Source: Thermoproteota archaeon (GTDB taxonomy: Archaea > Thermoproteota > Thermoprotei_A > Sulfolobales > Ignisphaeraceae). Taken from it: a stretch of DNA of 64,000 bases. Position numbers and translations under genes: made by a program. Location of the stretch: contig JAUQPB010000001.1 in NCBI GenBank assembly GCA_030550585.1, positions 128,001-192,000 of the forward strand, given 5' to 3'. The notes under the pieces are model-generated. The model saw only the letters and a program-made list of their open reading frames with translations, did no database searches and had not been told where the DNA came from. Of the stretch, positions 49,544-59,256 are shown one piece after another. The stretch's first letter is position 1. Every line of letters begins with the position of its first letter.

Positions 49544-50236
49544 CTATTCTATGCTGTAGACGTTGTTCGTGAGATCTATGCTAACATGAATCAAGGTAGC
49601 AGAATTGCTAAGCAGCTTTCTGTAGTATTTAATTAATTCTTCAACTTCTTCCGCAGTTGGGAAAGGCAAAAATGTAATTGTGCTTCCATCTCCTGCTACA
49701 ACAAATCGTGAAATGTTTAGTATCATCTTCTCTACCTCTCTATAATCCTCTAACACATTGTCCCAGCCATTCAACGGCTTTAAACATGTTAAGACCGCTC
49801 TATCACCCGAAATTTTGCTAACTACGCATTCTACTTCATAGCCTATTTGACTTGCTGAAACAACATCTTCTGGAGATGGTATTGGAATGGGCACTGGGTG
49901 GGTGTGCAAAAATATTCTACCTCTACACACATCTTTGTATTGCTTGTAGAGTCTGCTACTTGGTATCATCCCCTCTGCAAATCTTCCAATGTATATCAGC
50001 GACCCATTATTGCAAAGTGTATAGGCGTCCTCAGCTAGGGCTTCATATGATATGGGCTTCAGTTTGATATCGTCATATACAAACTTTATTGCTTCATCCA
50101 TATACATGTCAATGGCCTTTCTAACTATAGAGCTACTCACAAAAGGTATTTCACTAAAGTTAACTATAGAGGGGGCCTCATAGGCTGTCGAAGCCATTAC
50201 TCCGATGAGCTCGTGGTCTATGATTTCATGTTTCAT
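49544..50236 (-). CDS. Hypothetical protein with JAB/MPN+-like motif
   Basis: LHTHPVPIPIPSPED matches HxHx7SxxD; start trimmed to ATG 50236. Confidence 0.65.
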   Translation of the reverse strand: MKHEIIDHELIGVMASTAYEAPSIVNFSEIPFVSSSIVRKAIDMYMDEAIKFVYDDIKLKPISYEALAEDAYTLCNNGSLIYIGRFAEGMIPSSRLYKQYKDVCRGRIFLHTHPVPIPIPSPEDVVSASQIGYEVECVVSKISGDRAVLTCLKPLNGWDNVLEDYREVEKMILNISRFVVAGDGSTITFLPFPTAEEVEELIKYYRKLLSNSATLIHVSIDLTNNVYSIE

Positions 50237-50373
50237 TTTAAATAAACCTGTAGTATTTCCACACAACCTTTCTGTTGTAAGAGTTAAAAAGTTTTTATAG
50301 TACTTAACTTGAGCAATACCAAAAGAATTCGTTTGGAACATCTAAATACTGTTCAATAATAGCTAGTTGAGAA

Positions 50374-50429
50374 TCAGAAGCGCCAGCCGTCATCACAATG
50401 GTGTTCAGATGGGGTTTTAGACACATCAC
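50374..50429 (-). ncRNA. Box C/D guide sRNA
   Basis: Minus strand: GTGATGT-GTCTAAAACCCCAT-CTGA-ACACCATT-GTGATGA-CGGCTGGCGCTT-CTGA. Confidence 0.8.
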
Positions 50430-50515
50430 TATCCAAATATCTGGGTTTCTAACCTCTGTTCCAACATTTAATTTGCACAGTTTATAAAAAACGAGTTGAT
50501 TGCTATACCACTGTT

Positions 50516-50731
50516 TTAAATTTCGACAATGTTTTTGCACACACTCTTTAGTTTCTCTAGTAATGCATCTACATTCTGAAGCTCCAATTTATATGTGTAC
50601 AAATATCTTTTTGTTCTAGCCTTAATCTTGGCAATATTCTTCTTGGGTATTCTCTTAACTCTGCATTCCTCAGCTCTCTTCGCTATCTCCAAAAACTCTT
50701 GTTCGTTTGCTACGAATATAGGCATCTCCAA
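50516..50731 (-). CDS. rpl38e: 50S ribosomal protein eL38
   Basis: EFLEIAKRA..CRVKR..KIKARTKRYLYT. Confidence 0.88.
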   Translation of the reverse strand: MEMPIFVANEQEFLEIAKRAEECRVKRIPKKNIAKIKARTKRYLYTYKLELQNVDALLEKLKSVCKNIVEI

Positions 50732-50932
50732 TTCACCAATTTAAGATAGCTAGTATAGCTTAAGACCGTTTCTTTTTAGGCGAGGATAATGGTTTATAAG
50801 TTTATCACCTTCTATTGCTGGTTGAGGATTCACAAGTCGTGGCTACCCTAGATTGTGATCAGTTTTGATTGTATTGGTTGTAGCGCTGAATTAAGGTTTT
50901 AAGAAAGCTTTTATGGCTGGGCATTGATTTGA

Positions 50933-51949
50933 GTGTTGTGCGGTGATCTCATGCTTAATCAATATCTCGACTGGTATAACATGGTTGAAGAAGTTTTGAA
51001 GAGTGATGTTGTCAACGCTAAAGAGTATAGAGATGTGAAAAGAGTTGTCGTTGTTGGCATGGGTGGAAGTGGCATAGTGGGAGACTTTCTTAGTGTTATA
51101 GCACAAAACTATTCAAACATCCCACTAATCACATTTAAGGATTTCTATGTGCCGAAAGGTTTCGTCGATAGCAACACATTTGTGTTATCGATAAGCTACT
51201 CTGGCAATACCCTAGAAACTGTTGCTGCAACACTGCAGTTGCTGAAGAGGGGGATCCCAGTAGGTGTTGTTGCATCAGGTGGCGAGCTTGTGGATATTGC
51301 GAGAAGGTTTGGCTTGCCCTACGTCGTTGTGAGATCTGGGCTTGCTCCACGGTCGGCTATGCCCCTCATGTTGGTGGCCTCCATCAAGCTTCTCAACTCT
51401 TGTGGAATGGAGGTTGTGCCACAGGATACCTTAAGATCTTCTATAAGCATTTTGAGAGATACTGACCATGCAAAGAAGATTGGAGATGAGCTTGCAGACT
51501 TTTTGGAGAACTCCAAAATGCCTTTGATTGTAGCTACAAGCAAATATTCTTCACTCGCCATAAGATTTAAGAATGAGCTTAATGAAAATGCGAAGATGCC
51601 TGTAAAAATTGAGATAATACCTGAGCTGTTTCACAATGATATAGTTGGTTGGGAGAGGTTCCACGCAGATGATAAAGCAATAGTTATAGACTCTGATGTA
51701 GAGTACGAGAAAATGCTACTTAACTTCTATGCCGACTACCTAAAGGATATTGGATTCACGATATATTACCTCAAACTTAGTGGAAACATTATTGAGAGAC
51801 TCCTCTTCGGCTCTCTTGTAGCAGGTATAGCAAGTGTTAGAATTGCAGAGAAGCTTGGCTTTGACCCTCTACAAACAAGAAGTATAGTCAAATACAAGGA
51901 GTTCCTCAAGAAATATCGAGAAGATATACTAAAAAATATTTTAGGGTAG
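50933..51949 (+). CDS. Bifunctional phosphoglucose/phosphomannose isomerase
   Basis: GMGGSG, ISYSGNTLET, SGG, RFKNELNENAK, PELFHN. Confidence 0.92.
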   Translation: MLCGDLMLNQYLDWYNMVEEVLKSDVVNAKEYRDVKRVVVVGMGGSGIVGDFLSVIAQNYSNIPLITFKDFYVPKGFVDSNTFVLSISYSGNTLETVAATLQLLKRGIPVGVVASGGELVDIARRFGLPYVVVRSGLAPRSAMPLMLVASIKLLNSCGMEVVPQDTLRSSISILRDTDHAKKIGDELADFLENSKMPLIVATSKYSSLAIRFKNELNENAKMPVKIEIIPELFHNDIVGWERFHADDKAIVIDSDVEYEKMLLNFYADYLKDIGFTIYYLKLSGNIIERLLFGSLVAGIASVRIAEKLGFDPLQTRSIVKYKEFLKKYREDILKNILG

Positions 51950-51962
51950 GGCTATAGCAAAC

Positions 51963-52736
51963 TTAGGTTATATAATAATAAGGTCTTTTCTCCCCCTCTT
52001 TTCCGCCCTCCTCTCTTTGTTGAGCAAAGCTTTTTAGTACAAGCTCTACTTCCTTCTCCACACCCCTGCCTTTTGCTTCAAGATCTCTTGTATCTACCCC
52101 AAGACCCCACACACCATTTAGCAAGTCTATAATTAGCTTGGCGGCTGTGTAATCTACGTAATTTAGCTCAACAATACTTCTCCAAGTCTCTCCAAGCACA
52201 CAAGCACCGTCAATTCCAAACACCTTTGCCCACCCCACAATTATTCCATTCAATCCACTTATAACCCCCTCGTTAAGTGCCACTGCACCCTTCTCAATAT
52301 ATTTCTTTGCAACCTTCTCATTACTTCCAACAATAAACACCTTCCTATCGGTGACAACAACATCAGACACAAAGGCTGCTGCAGCTATAACCTCTACAAC
52401 ATTGTATTTCTTAAGCCTATTGAGAATATAGTAGCTTAGCATATGCTGTTCAGAATCATTAACGGGCTGGGAATCTCCCGTAACAACGAATATCCCGAGA
52501 TCGCCCACTCTAGAGACATATATTAGAACCTTATTGATATCGCCAACACCACTAGAATTGACAATTAGTTGTGCAGGGAAGCTGGTTCCATAGATAGATG
52601 CGAAAAGCTTTGCATCTAGAGAATTTATCAACTGTGTTGCAACAGTTTTTCCGACCAGACCCATACCAGGAAAGCCAACAACTACTATACTCTTCTTAAA
52701 ATCTATGTTGTTTTGATATTTAATAAATTTCCACAT
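51963..52736 (-). CDS. PAC2-family proteasome assembly chaperone homolog
   Basis: GFPGMGLVG, GDSQP, ISGLNG, LGET; C-terminus ..PYYYIT. Confidence 0.85.
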   Translation of the reverse strand: MWKFIKYQNNIDFKKSIVVVGFPGMGLVGKTVATQLINSLDAKLFASIYGTSFPAQLIVNSSGVGDINKVLIYVSRVGDLGIFVVTGDSQPVNDSEQHMLSYYILNRLKKYNVVEVIAAAAFVSDVVVTDRKVFIVGSNEKVAKKYIEKGAVALNEGVISGLNGIIVGWAKVFGIDGACVLGETWRSIVELNYVDYTAAKLIIDLLNGVWGLGVDTRDLEAKGRGVEKEVELVLKSFAQQREEGGKEGEKRPYYYIT

Positions 52737-52877
52737 GAACCAACCCCCAACACAAGATAGATTGCATCGCCAAAGGCTATAGCGGTTCTCAGTTAATTAA
52801 TTTTTAGGATACTATAGGATACTATGAAAATAGGTGAAGAAAAGCATATAAACCTAGAGCAATATTTGTGAGCATTA

Positions 52878-52951
<74 letters not shown>

Positions 52952-53004
52952 TATTCAAATAGTTTTGCGGATCACACCACTACTGCATCTGTAGTGTAGC
53001 TGCA

Positions 53005-53496
53005 ATGAGAATCGCCATAACGGATATTAAGTACATTGTTGCTATAATGCTTTCGGTGCCACTCATAGCATTGTATTTTCTATCCATGGCAATTCCAATA
53101 AAATTTGAAAGCAGTTTCATTGATAATCCAAGGACCGTTGCTGTAGCAACTTTTTACACAACGTTGGTATTGTTAATCGTTAGAGAATTTGTAGACAACA
53201 CGAAAATAAGGGATATGCTCAGCATTTTAGTGATTTCTATTGCGAGTTTGTACTCTTATATAGCTGGACTATATTTCGAATTGAATTATCTAGCAACACA
53301 AAAACATGTTGTAATACCACCATCTTTTGTATATATACCATGTTCTGATCCAAGCCGATGCAATAGCTATGCAGCACTAAGCATAAGCATACCGCTAACC
53401 ATAGAATTTATATTGCTAATATATGGAATAGTAGGCTTATCCAAGAGCCTATCATCGCATCATGCAGACGCTCTCCAAGAACCTACAACTACATGA
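53005..53496 (+). CDS. Hypothetical 4-TM membrane protein
   Basis: Four hydrophobic segments, AT-rich. Confidence 0.65.
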   Translation: MRIAITDIKYIVAIMLSVPLIALYFLSMAIPIKFESSFIDNPRTVAVATFYTTLVLLIVREFVDNTKIRDMLSILVISIASLYSYIAGLYFELNYLATQKHVVIPPSFVYIPCSDPSRCNSYAALSISIPLTIEFILLIYGIVGLSKSLSSHHADALQEPTTT

Positions 53497-53587
53497 TCTT
53501 TGCCCCTCCAATCAGCCGTAAACAAGTATTTTTCGATCTTATTATATTCGACCGGTATAAAATATAGCATAGAAAATTTTAGCATGT

Positions 53588-54331
53588 CTATGATTTGCTA
53601 TCGCAATATTGGCAGGTATGACCAAATATATTTGTGAAGTCTATTACTGGTTTCAGCCCCATGCTATGAAGCGCTAAAGTGGTTAGTGGAAGTATCCTAT
53701 ACGAGTTCTCTACTATCACAGAATCTGTCGATGCAATAACGCTGTTTACAGCCATTGACACGGTTTTTGAGTCTGGTGTGGGAGATAGTATGAAAGTTAC
53801 CCTAGCTTCTTGAGAAACCTTGCGTAAGGTATTTGAAAATTCTCTCACATCATCTAGACTGTGACTAACATTTTTATCAGCAACAACAATTATTTCTGCA
53901 AAAACATTTCTATAGCTTGCCAGTATATTGGCAATTGTATTGAATACCCTATCCAATAGCTCTCTTTCGCTATCCCTTATTTTGGATCCTCTCAAATCCC
54001 TAACAAGACAGTCGTCACACAAGTATACATCCTCTGATTTAATCATTGTTAAAATGGTTAGTATTATATTGTAGAAGTCTATTACGAGAACATTGTTACC
54101 CAAATTCTCTTTGCTTGGACAGAAAAGCTTTCTAGCAGTCTCATGAACATATTTAGAGCTGTGAACGCATCTGAAGAGCAATAGCCTCTCATACTCGTTT
54201 AGCAGATAGTGTTGAGAAACAATGTTCAAAGCTTGCGATAGAGAATATCCTCTAGAAAGTAGGAACCTATAATCATGTGCCGCATCAAATATTGTGCTCA
54301 TTCTTATCCTTTTCCCACTGTCTACAGCCAT
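53588..54331 (-). CDS. DUF434 family protein
   Basis: D.RFLLSRGY, R.LLFRCVH, IDFYN, D.LVRDLRG, STDS. Confidence 0.82.
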   Translation of the reverse strand: MAVDSGKRIRMSTIFDAAHDYRFLLSRGYSLSQALNIVSQHYLLNEYERLLLFRCVHSSKYVHETARKLFCPSKENLGNNVLVIDFYNIILTILTMIKSEDVYLCDDCLVRDLRGSKIRDSERELLDRVFNTIANILASYRNVFAEIIVVADKNVSHSLDDVREFSNTLRKVSQEARVTFILSPTPDSKTVSMAVNSVIASTDSVIVENSYRILPLTTLALHSMGLKPVIDFTNIFGHTCQYCDSKS

Positions 54332-54419
54332 GTCCAGATCCCATTAAAATATGGAATCGCTCTAATGATGCACAACTTTAATAACTTCAATAAACTACAA
54401 ATACTTTTGTGTTTATGCT

Positions 54420-55382
54420 ATGCTATATGAAAAAGAAGAGAGCGATGTGAATATAAGCGAGGATGAGCTCTTAGAAATAGAGAAGGAGTTAGAGGAGCTG
54501 GAAAAGGGTAAAGCTAGTAGGAAAGGAGTTGGAGCAGAGGTAAGAAGAGAGACAAAGACTGTGGGTATAACAAGGGTTTCAACAGGTGTTTCCGAGCTTG
54601 ACAGAGCTTTGGAGGGCGGCATCCCGAAGGGGTCTTGGGTTGCTATAACAGGGGAACCTGGAACCGGAAAGTCTATTCTCTGTATGCACTTTGCTTGGGC
54701 AGGGATACTGGCTGGGGACCCAGTTGTCTATGTGACTACAGAGGCTGAGTTCAGAGATGTTGTTAGGCAGGCTAAGATGTTTGGTATGGACTTTGAGAGC
54801 TATAGGATATATGATATCTCCAGCTCTAAAGAACCTTCTGAAACGCCGAATATAGTTGTTATCGACATATTTGGCTTGCTCAAAATAGCTAGGCAGATGA
54901 GCGAGGCTATACCAACAGATGCTGAGAGTGCTAGGAAGAGAAGGTTTGCAGCTCTAGACATACAAACACTTGTAACGGCTATTCAAGAGGCCTACAAAAT
55001 ACTCGGTGTTTTGAAAGAGGGTGGAAAAACGCCTGCTAGACATGTTAGACTAGTTATAGATTCTATGAGCGCCTTCTGGGCAGATAAACCAGCTATGGCT
55101 AGGAGATATAGCTACGATCTTAAAATATCTACTCACAGAGAAAATGTGACAGCTTATCTGGTAAGCCAATACGCAATGACGACAAAGTCTACATTTGGCT
55201 TTGGCTTAGAGCATATAGCCGATGGCGTATTTCACTTATGGATGGATGATGTGGAAAGCTCGAAAGAGGTTAGAAGATACATGATAATAAAGAAGATGAG
55301 AATGACAAACCATGCAAAAAACGCATTCAAAGTAGACATAGTACCTGGAAAGGGATTCACAATAACGCCTTTAACTGAATAG
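54420..55382 (+). CDS. KaiC-like RecA-superfamily ATPase (archaeal single domain)
   Basis: STGVSELD, GEPGTGKS Walker A, VIDS Walker B, EHIADG, IKKMR. Confidence 0.92.
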   Translation: MLYEKEESDVNISEDELLEIEKELEELEKGKASRKGVGAEVRRETKTVGITRVSTGVSELDRALEGGIPKGSWVAITGEPGTGKSILCMHFAWAGILAGDPVVYVTTEAEFRDVVRQAKMFGMDFESYRIYDISSSKEPSETPNIVVIDIFGLLKIARQMSEAIPTDAESARKRRFAALDIQTLVTAIQEAYKILGVLKEGGKTPARHVRLVIDSMSAFWADKPAMARRYSYDLKISTHRENVTAYLVSQYAMTTKSTFGFGLEHIADGVFHLWMDDVESSKEVRRYMIIKKMRMTNHAKNAFKVDIVPGKGFTITPLTE

Positions 55383-55405
55383 AGCATGAAACAATCAATT
55401 GTTGG

Positions 55406-55741
55406 CTAGTGGTTTTGTACCCTCAAAACCCTGTCTATCTTCATGATTATCTTATCCACAAGCTCTTCAATATTGTTTGAAAATGTGTATAGTCCGTGGG
55501 GCACATAGTCTAGGTAATCACATTTCCAGTAGGGCTCCAGAACATGTTGTGCATTTACAATTTTCGCATATATAGACCTAGACCCTTGATATATTCCAAT
55601 TATCACATGCGATCCCCTGACTTCTCCAAGGAAGAGGAGACAGTTATACTCTTTTTCTATTAGATAAACTTTCTCAAGCCCTTTTTGCTTGAGCAGATCT
55701 TTTATATGATTTGCATCTAGCAATTGCATCACTTTATACAT
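55406..55741 (-). CDS. Hypothetical protein
   Basis: 111-aa ATG ORF with W.C.Y..Y.P.GLY motif. Confidence 0.6.
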   Translation of the reverse strand: MYKVMQLLDANHIKDLLKQKGLEKVYLIEKEYNCLLFLGEVRGSHVIIGIYQGSRSIYAKIVNAQHVLEPYWKCDYLDYVPHGLYTFSNNIEELVDKIIMKIDRVLRVQNH

Positions 55742-55777
55742 TATCGAAATTGTGGGTAGCTTTTTATATCCTTATCT

Positions 55778-57514
55778 TTGATTTTGTCAAGATGTGATGT
55801 ATTGATGCTTGATGGATTAGCGCTAAGGTATTATAGGTTTTTGAGGATTCCAACATCTATTGCAAGTAGATATTATGTAGCCTGTCTAGTTTTTCTTGCA
55901 CTACTTGTAATAGCTGATGTCTACCCCTCTATAATTAGTCGCTCAATTAATTTAGAGTTTATTTCTATGATAATAACCCTCCACATTGTTTCAATCGCTA
56001 TGTTGGCTACTTCGATGAAAGTTATGGTTAGATATATGAAGCTAAGACAGATAGTAAATGCTATGGTTATAACAACTGGTTTTGGCATACCCCTCGAATT
56101 CATCTCTTCATATATCAGGCTCTATGGAATATCATATGCTGTTACACCATTGATTGGTACAATCGCTTTTGTACACCTCGCTGGACTAGTTAATGGCATA
56201 GTATATACAACGGTTGTGCCTTTAGCTATAGAGACGATATTTTCTTATGTAAATAGGGAGAATCTAAAACTTCTGTTGCTGAGATATTCCCTAGCTGCTC
56301 TGATGCAGCTTGCCTCACTCACGGTTATAAGATCTTTGAAGAGGCGTAGAGGCTATGATGTGCTTAGAATAGCTAATGCATGGTTAAAATTTATGCTTTC
56401 TGGAGATGGAAGTGATTTGGAAGAGGCTCTTGATGATATTGGCGTGGAGTTCGATGCGCAAACAAAGGTGTTATTGTTTGATAGAGGGTCTGATGTTATA
56501 GCCCTAGTTACACCAACGATTCACTTTGGTCCCTATAGAACTATTGGAAGCACGCTTCTACCCTACGATATAGAGTCGGCGCTAGAGGGTAGAGGGTTCA
56601 AGGTTTTTGTATTCCATGGCGCAGGCTCCCATGAGTTGGATCTGACTAAGAGGTCTTATGGAACAGCGTTAGCTTCTGAGCTTTCTCTAAGATTGTCGAA
56701 AGATTGTAGGGATCTGTCAACAGAGTTTGCATATGAGCCATTCCGTGTTTTCAACGGTTTTCGCGAGGCAATGGTTCTGCAAACTGATACAACAGCAATG
56801 TTGATAATAACACCTGTTGCAGTGGGAGGCGATGATATGCCCTATGAGCTTCAGCCAATTGCTGAAGATGTTGCTAGATTGTATGGTTTTAGAGATGCTG
56901 TTATTGTTGATGCTCATAATGTAGAGGGTAAGAGGGATATCAATGTCTCATCTTTCAATTCACTAATAAAAGCCGGTATCTCAAAGAGAAGCAATATTTG
57001 TAAAGAGCTTTTAGTTGGCTATGGGGAATCGCGCATAAGGGATTACGTTAGGGGTGTGTGCAGGAACAAGGTGAAGGCGCTGACAATAAAATGTAATGGA
57101 AACTTGTACTCTATTGTATATCTCTATGGAAACAATGCCAAAGTAGGTGTTAGAGAGAATCTAAGAAAGATGATCTTAGAAAAGGGATACAAAGATGCTG
57201 AGATTGTAACCCTCGATGATCATAGCTGTGCTGGTATCACATTCGATGTCCCCTATCACAGCATCGACATTAGTAATGCACTCATAGAGTCTGCAAAAAG
57301 GGCTTTAGAGTCTTCTCTAAACGATTTAAAGCCTGCTTCATGTAAATACACAAAATATGTATTCAAAGTTAGGGTTGCAGGTAATAAAATCTTCGAGTTG
57401 CTAGATGTTGCAACGGATATTGGCTCATCTATTCTGAGGTATCTAAAAATATCACTACCTATGCTATACTCCTTGTGGCTAGTAGCCACAGTTCTAATAT
57501 TTTTGCATGGCTAG
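55778..57514 (+). CDS. DUF2070 family membrane protein
   Basis: N-terminal TM helices, HFGPY..GS, HG.GSHE.D, VDAHN, GNN, DDH. Confidence 0.82.
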   Translation: MILSRCDVLMLDGLALRYYRFLRIPTSIASRYYVACLVFLALLVIADVYPSIISRSINLEFISMIITLHIVSIAMLATSMKVMVRYMKLRQIVNAMVITTGFGIPLEFISSYIRLYGISYAVTPLIGTIAFVHLAGLVNGIVYTTVVPLAIETIFSYVNRENLKLLLLRYSLAALMQLASLTVIRSLKRRRGYDVLRIANAWLKFMLSGDGSDLEEALDDIGVEFDAQTKVLLFDRGSDVIALVTPTIHFGPYRTIGSTLLPYDIESALEGRGFKVFVFHGAGSHELDLTKRSYGTALASELSLRLSKDCRDLSTEFAYEPFRVFNGFREAMVLQTDTTAMLIITPVAVGGDDMPYELQPIAEDVARLYGFRDAVIVDAHNVEGKRDINVSSFNSLIKAGISKRSNICKELLVGYGESRIRDYVRGVCRNKVKALTIKCNGNLYSIVYLYGNNAKVGVRENLRKMILEKGYKDAEIVTLDDHSCAGITFDVPYHSIDISNALIESAKRALESSLNDLKPASCKYTKYVFKVRVAGNKIFELLDVATDIGSSILRYLKISLPMLYSLWLVATVLIFLHG

Positions 57515-57610
57515 CAATAGTCGTTGCTACAGAGAAGCAATTCAATGTCTAAGTATGTGAGACCTTATATAAATTCTAATTTGTTAAGCCATACTACCGA
57601 GGTTAAGATT

Positions 57611-58327
57611 ATGAGTATAACTGTAGAAAGTATTGCTCCAAATATTGGTCAAACCGTAACAGATGTATATGGAAGAAAACTTGGTGTTTTGGTTAGTGTT
57701 TACAGCGATTTTGATGGCAAGGTAACAGCTGTTGAGATAATGACAAACGATATGGTGTATGAAACACTGCCAGCTGAGAGACTAGAACATGGGATAGACG
57801 GCTTGAAGGTGCTTCCAGAGTGGCTTGTTGAGGCAAAAAAAGTTGAGCGAAAACTTGATGTGATTAAAAAGAGATTCAAGGCCATGGAGGAACTATATAA
57901 AAAGAATCAGATAGCTGCACATGCTTATAAGGAACTTAAAGAGAAATTCGCTAAAGAGATTGAGCGTATCAAGATAGAAACCAAAGGTGTTAAAGAGTTA
58001 TTGCGCAAAAGAATAAATGAGTTGGAAAACTTTATAATCCACATAGAAAAGGCTATGACACATCTAATGGTTAGCTACACAGCGGGAGAGATACCAGAAA
58101 ACGGCTTTAAGGTTTCAGCTGATTTCATGAGATTTGCTAGACAGGCTGCCGTAGATGAGAGAAAAGATTTGGACAAGCACATTGGTTTAATCGAGAAACT
58201 AGAGCAGGAACTAGCCTCCACAGTATCTGGATTAGAAGAACAGCAAACAATTGCAACACCTGCTCAAAACATTGCAACACAAGTATCTGCCACAACACCA
58301 ATAGCAGTAAAGGTTGTGAGTAGCTAA
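57611..58327 (+). CDS. cdvA: Cell division protein CdvA
   Basis: PRC-barrel IGQ.V.DVYGR, PEW, coiled coil, Y.AGEI, C-terminal PIAVKVV ESCRT-III-binding peptide; ATG 57611. Confidence 0.92.
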   Translation: MSITVESIAPNIGQTVTDVYGRKLGVLVSVYSDFDGKVTAVEIMTNDMVYETLPAERLEHGIDGLKVLPEWLVEAKKVERKLDVIKKRFKAMEELYKKNQIAAHAYKELKEKFAKEIERIKIETKGVKELLRKRINELENFIIHIEKAMTHLMVSYTAGEIPENGFKVSADFMRFARQAAVDERKDLDKHIGLIEKLEQELASTVSGLEEQQTIATPAQNIATQVSATTPIAVKVVSS

Positions 58328-58338
58328 TATAATAACCA

Positions 58339-59226
58339 GTGATTTTCATGGCTGTACCAGCTGGAATAATAGACCATTTTACTAAGATTATCGGCATCTC
58401 ATCACGTCGTGACCCCCAAAAAGGGGCTTTGGTATATATAGTTTCGTCTCTAAATGAGTTGAAATTAAAGTTAGAGGAGATCAAGAAGAGACTTAAAGAT
58501 AGAGATGATGAGTTGCTAACAAATGCTGTCAAAGCATTGAACATGAATGACAGGGAAAGAGCCTCGATATACGCTGCGGAGATAGCTGAAGTTAGAAGAC
58601 TTATGAAATTTGTTCAGATAGCCCTGCTGGCCATAGAAAGGCTGCTAGAACGTATGAAGACTATGAACATAGTTAACGATGTCAGGGTTCTGTCAACAAC
58701 TCTAGGTGTTTTAAACGAACTTAAGACAATGTTCTCTAACACAATGCCAGAACTGGCCTCTACACTCGATACCATTGTAACTAACGTGAATGCCATTGTT
58801 GCCCAGACCCAAACACCAGAATTCAATGTTAGTGTAACCACGAGAACCAAAGAGGTTGAGGAGATACTAAAAGAGATAGAGAAGCAAGCCGAAGAGAAGA
58901 TGAGAAGCACGCTAGCTCCTATACCAGTACAGCTAGAGAATGTTATTAATCAAATGGCAGGCCAGGAGATTATGAAACATTCAGAATTGATAGAGAGGGG
59001 ATCTACAGCCACCGCGATGGTGCCAACATCATTTACATACCAAAGACAAGTACCGGTACATGGCATCGATAGTGGAATAGAATATCAGATATACAATTAC
59101 ATAGTCTCGCACAGAGGCATGATAAGAGTAGATGAATGTGCACGTATTTTTGGTATTTCAAAGGACGATGTTATAGCCATTTTGAAACGCCTAGAACAAA
59201 AAGGTTTGATAAAAGTGGTTATGTAA
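58339..59226 (+). CDS. cdvB: ESCRT-III protein CdvB
   Basis: Snf7 core (RASIYAAEIAEVR, MPE), MIM2-like LAPIP, C-terminal winged helix. Confidence 0.92.
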   Translation: MIFMAVPAGIIDHFTKIIGISSRRDPQKGALVYIVSSLNELKLKLEEIKKRLKDRDDELLTNAVKALNMNDRERASIYAAEIAEVRRLMKFVQIALLAIERLLERMKTMNIVNDVRVLSTTLGVLNELKTMFSNTMPELASTLDTIVTNVNAIVAQTQTPEFNVSVTTRTKEVEEILKEIEKQAEEKMRSTLAPIPVQLENVINQMAGQEIMKHSELIERGSTATAMVPTSFTYQRQVPVHGIDSGIEYQIYNYIVSHRGMIRVDECARIFGISKDDVIAILKRLEQKGLIKVVM

Positions 59227-59256
59227 CCTCATCATTTTTCTCACTACAAATTCAGG

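Noticed and set aside
50304-50540. 78-aa minus-strand ORF
   Set aside because: No protein-like features; the region is better explained by the C/D sRNA
50813-50890. Possible sRNA (TTGAGGA...CTGA, TCACAA/TTGTGA stem)
   Set aside because: Boxes are degenerate and spacing is too long; explicable as divergent promoter/UTR sequence
52805-52825. TAGGATACTA tandem duplication
   Set aside because: Only two copies of 10 bp; consistent with slippage
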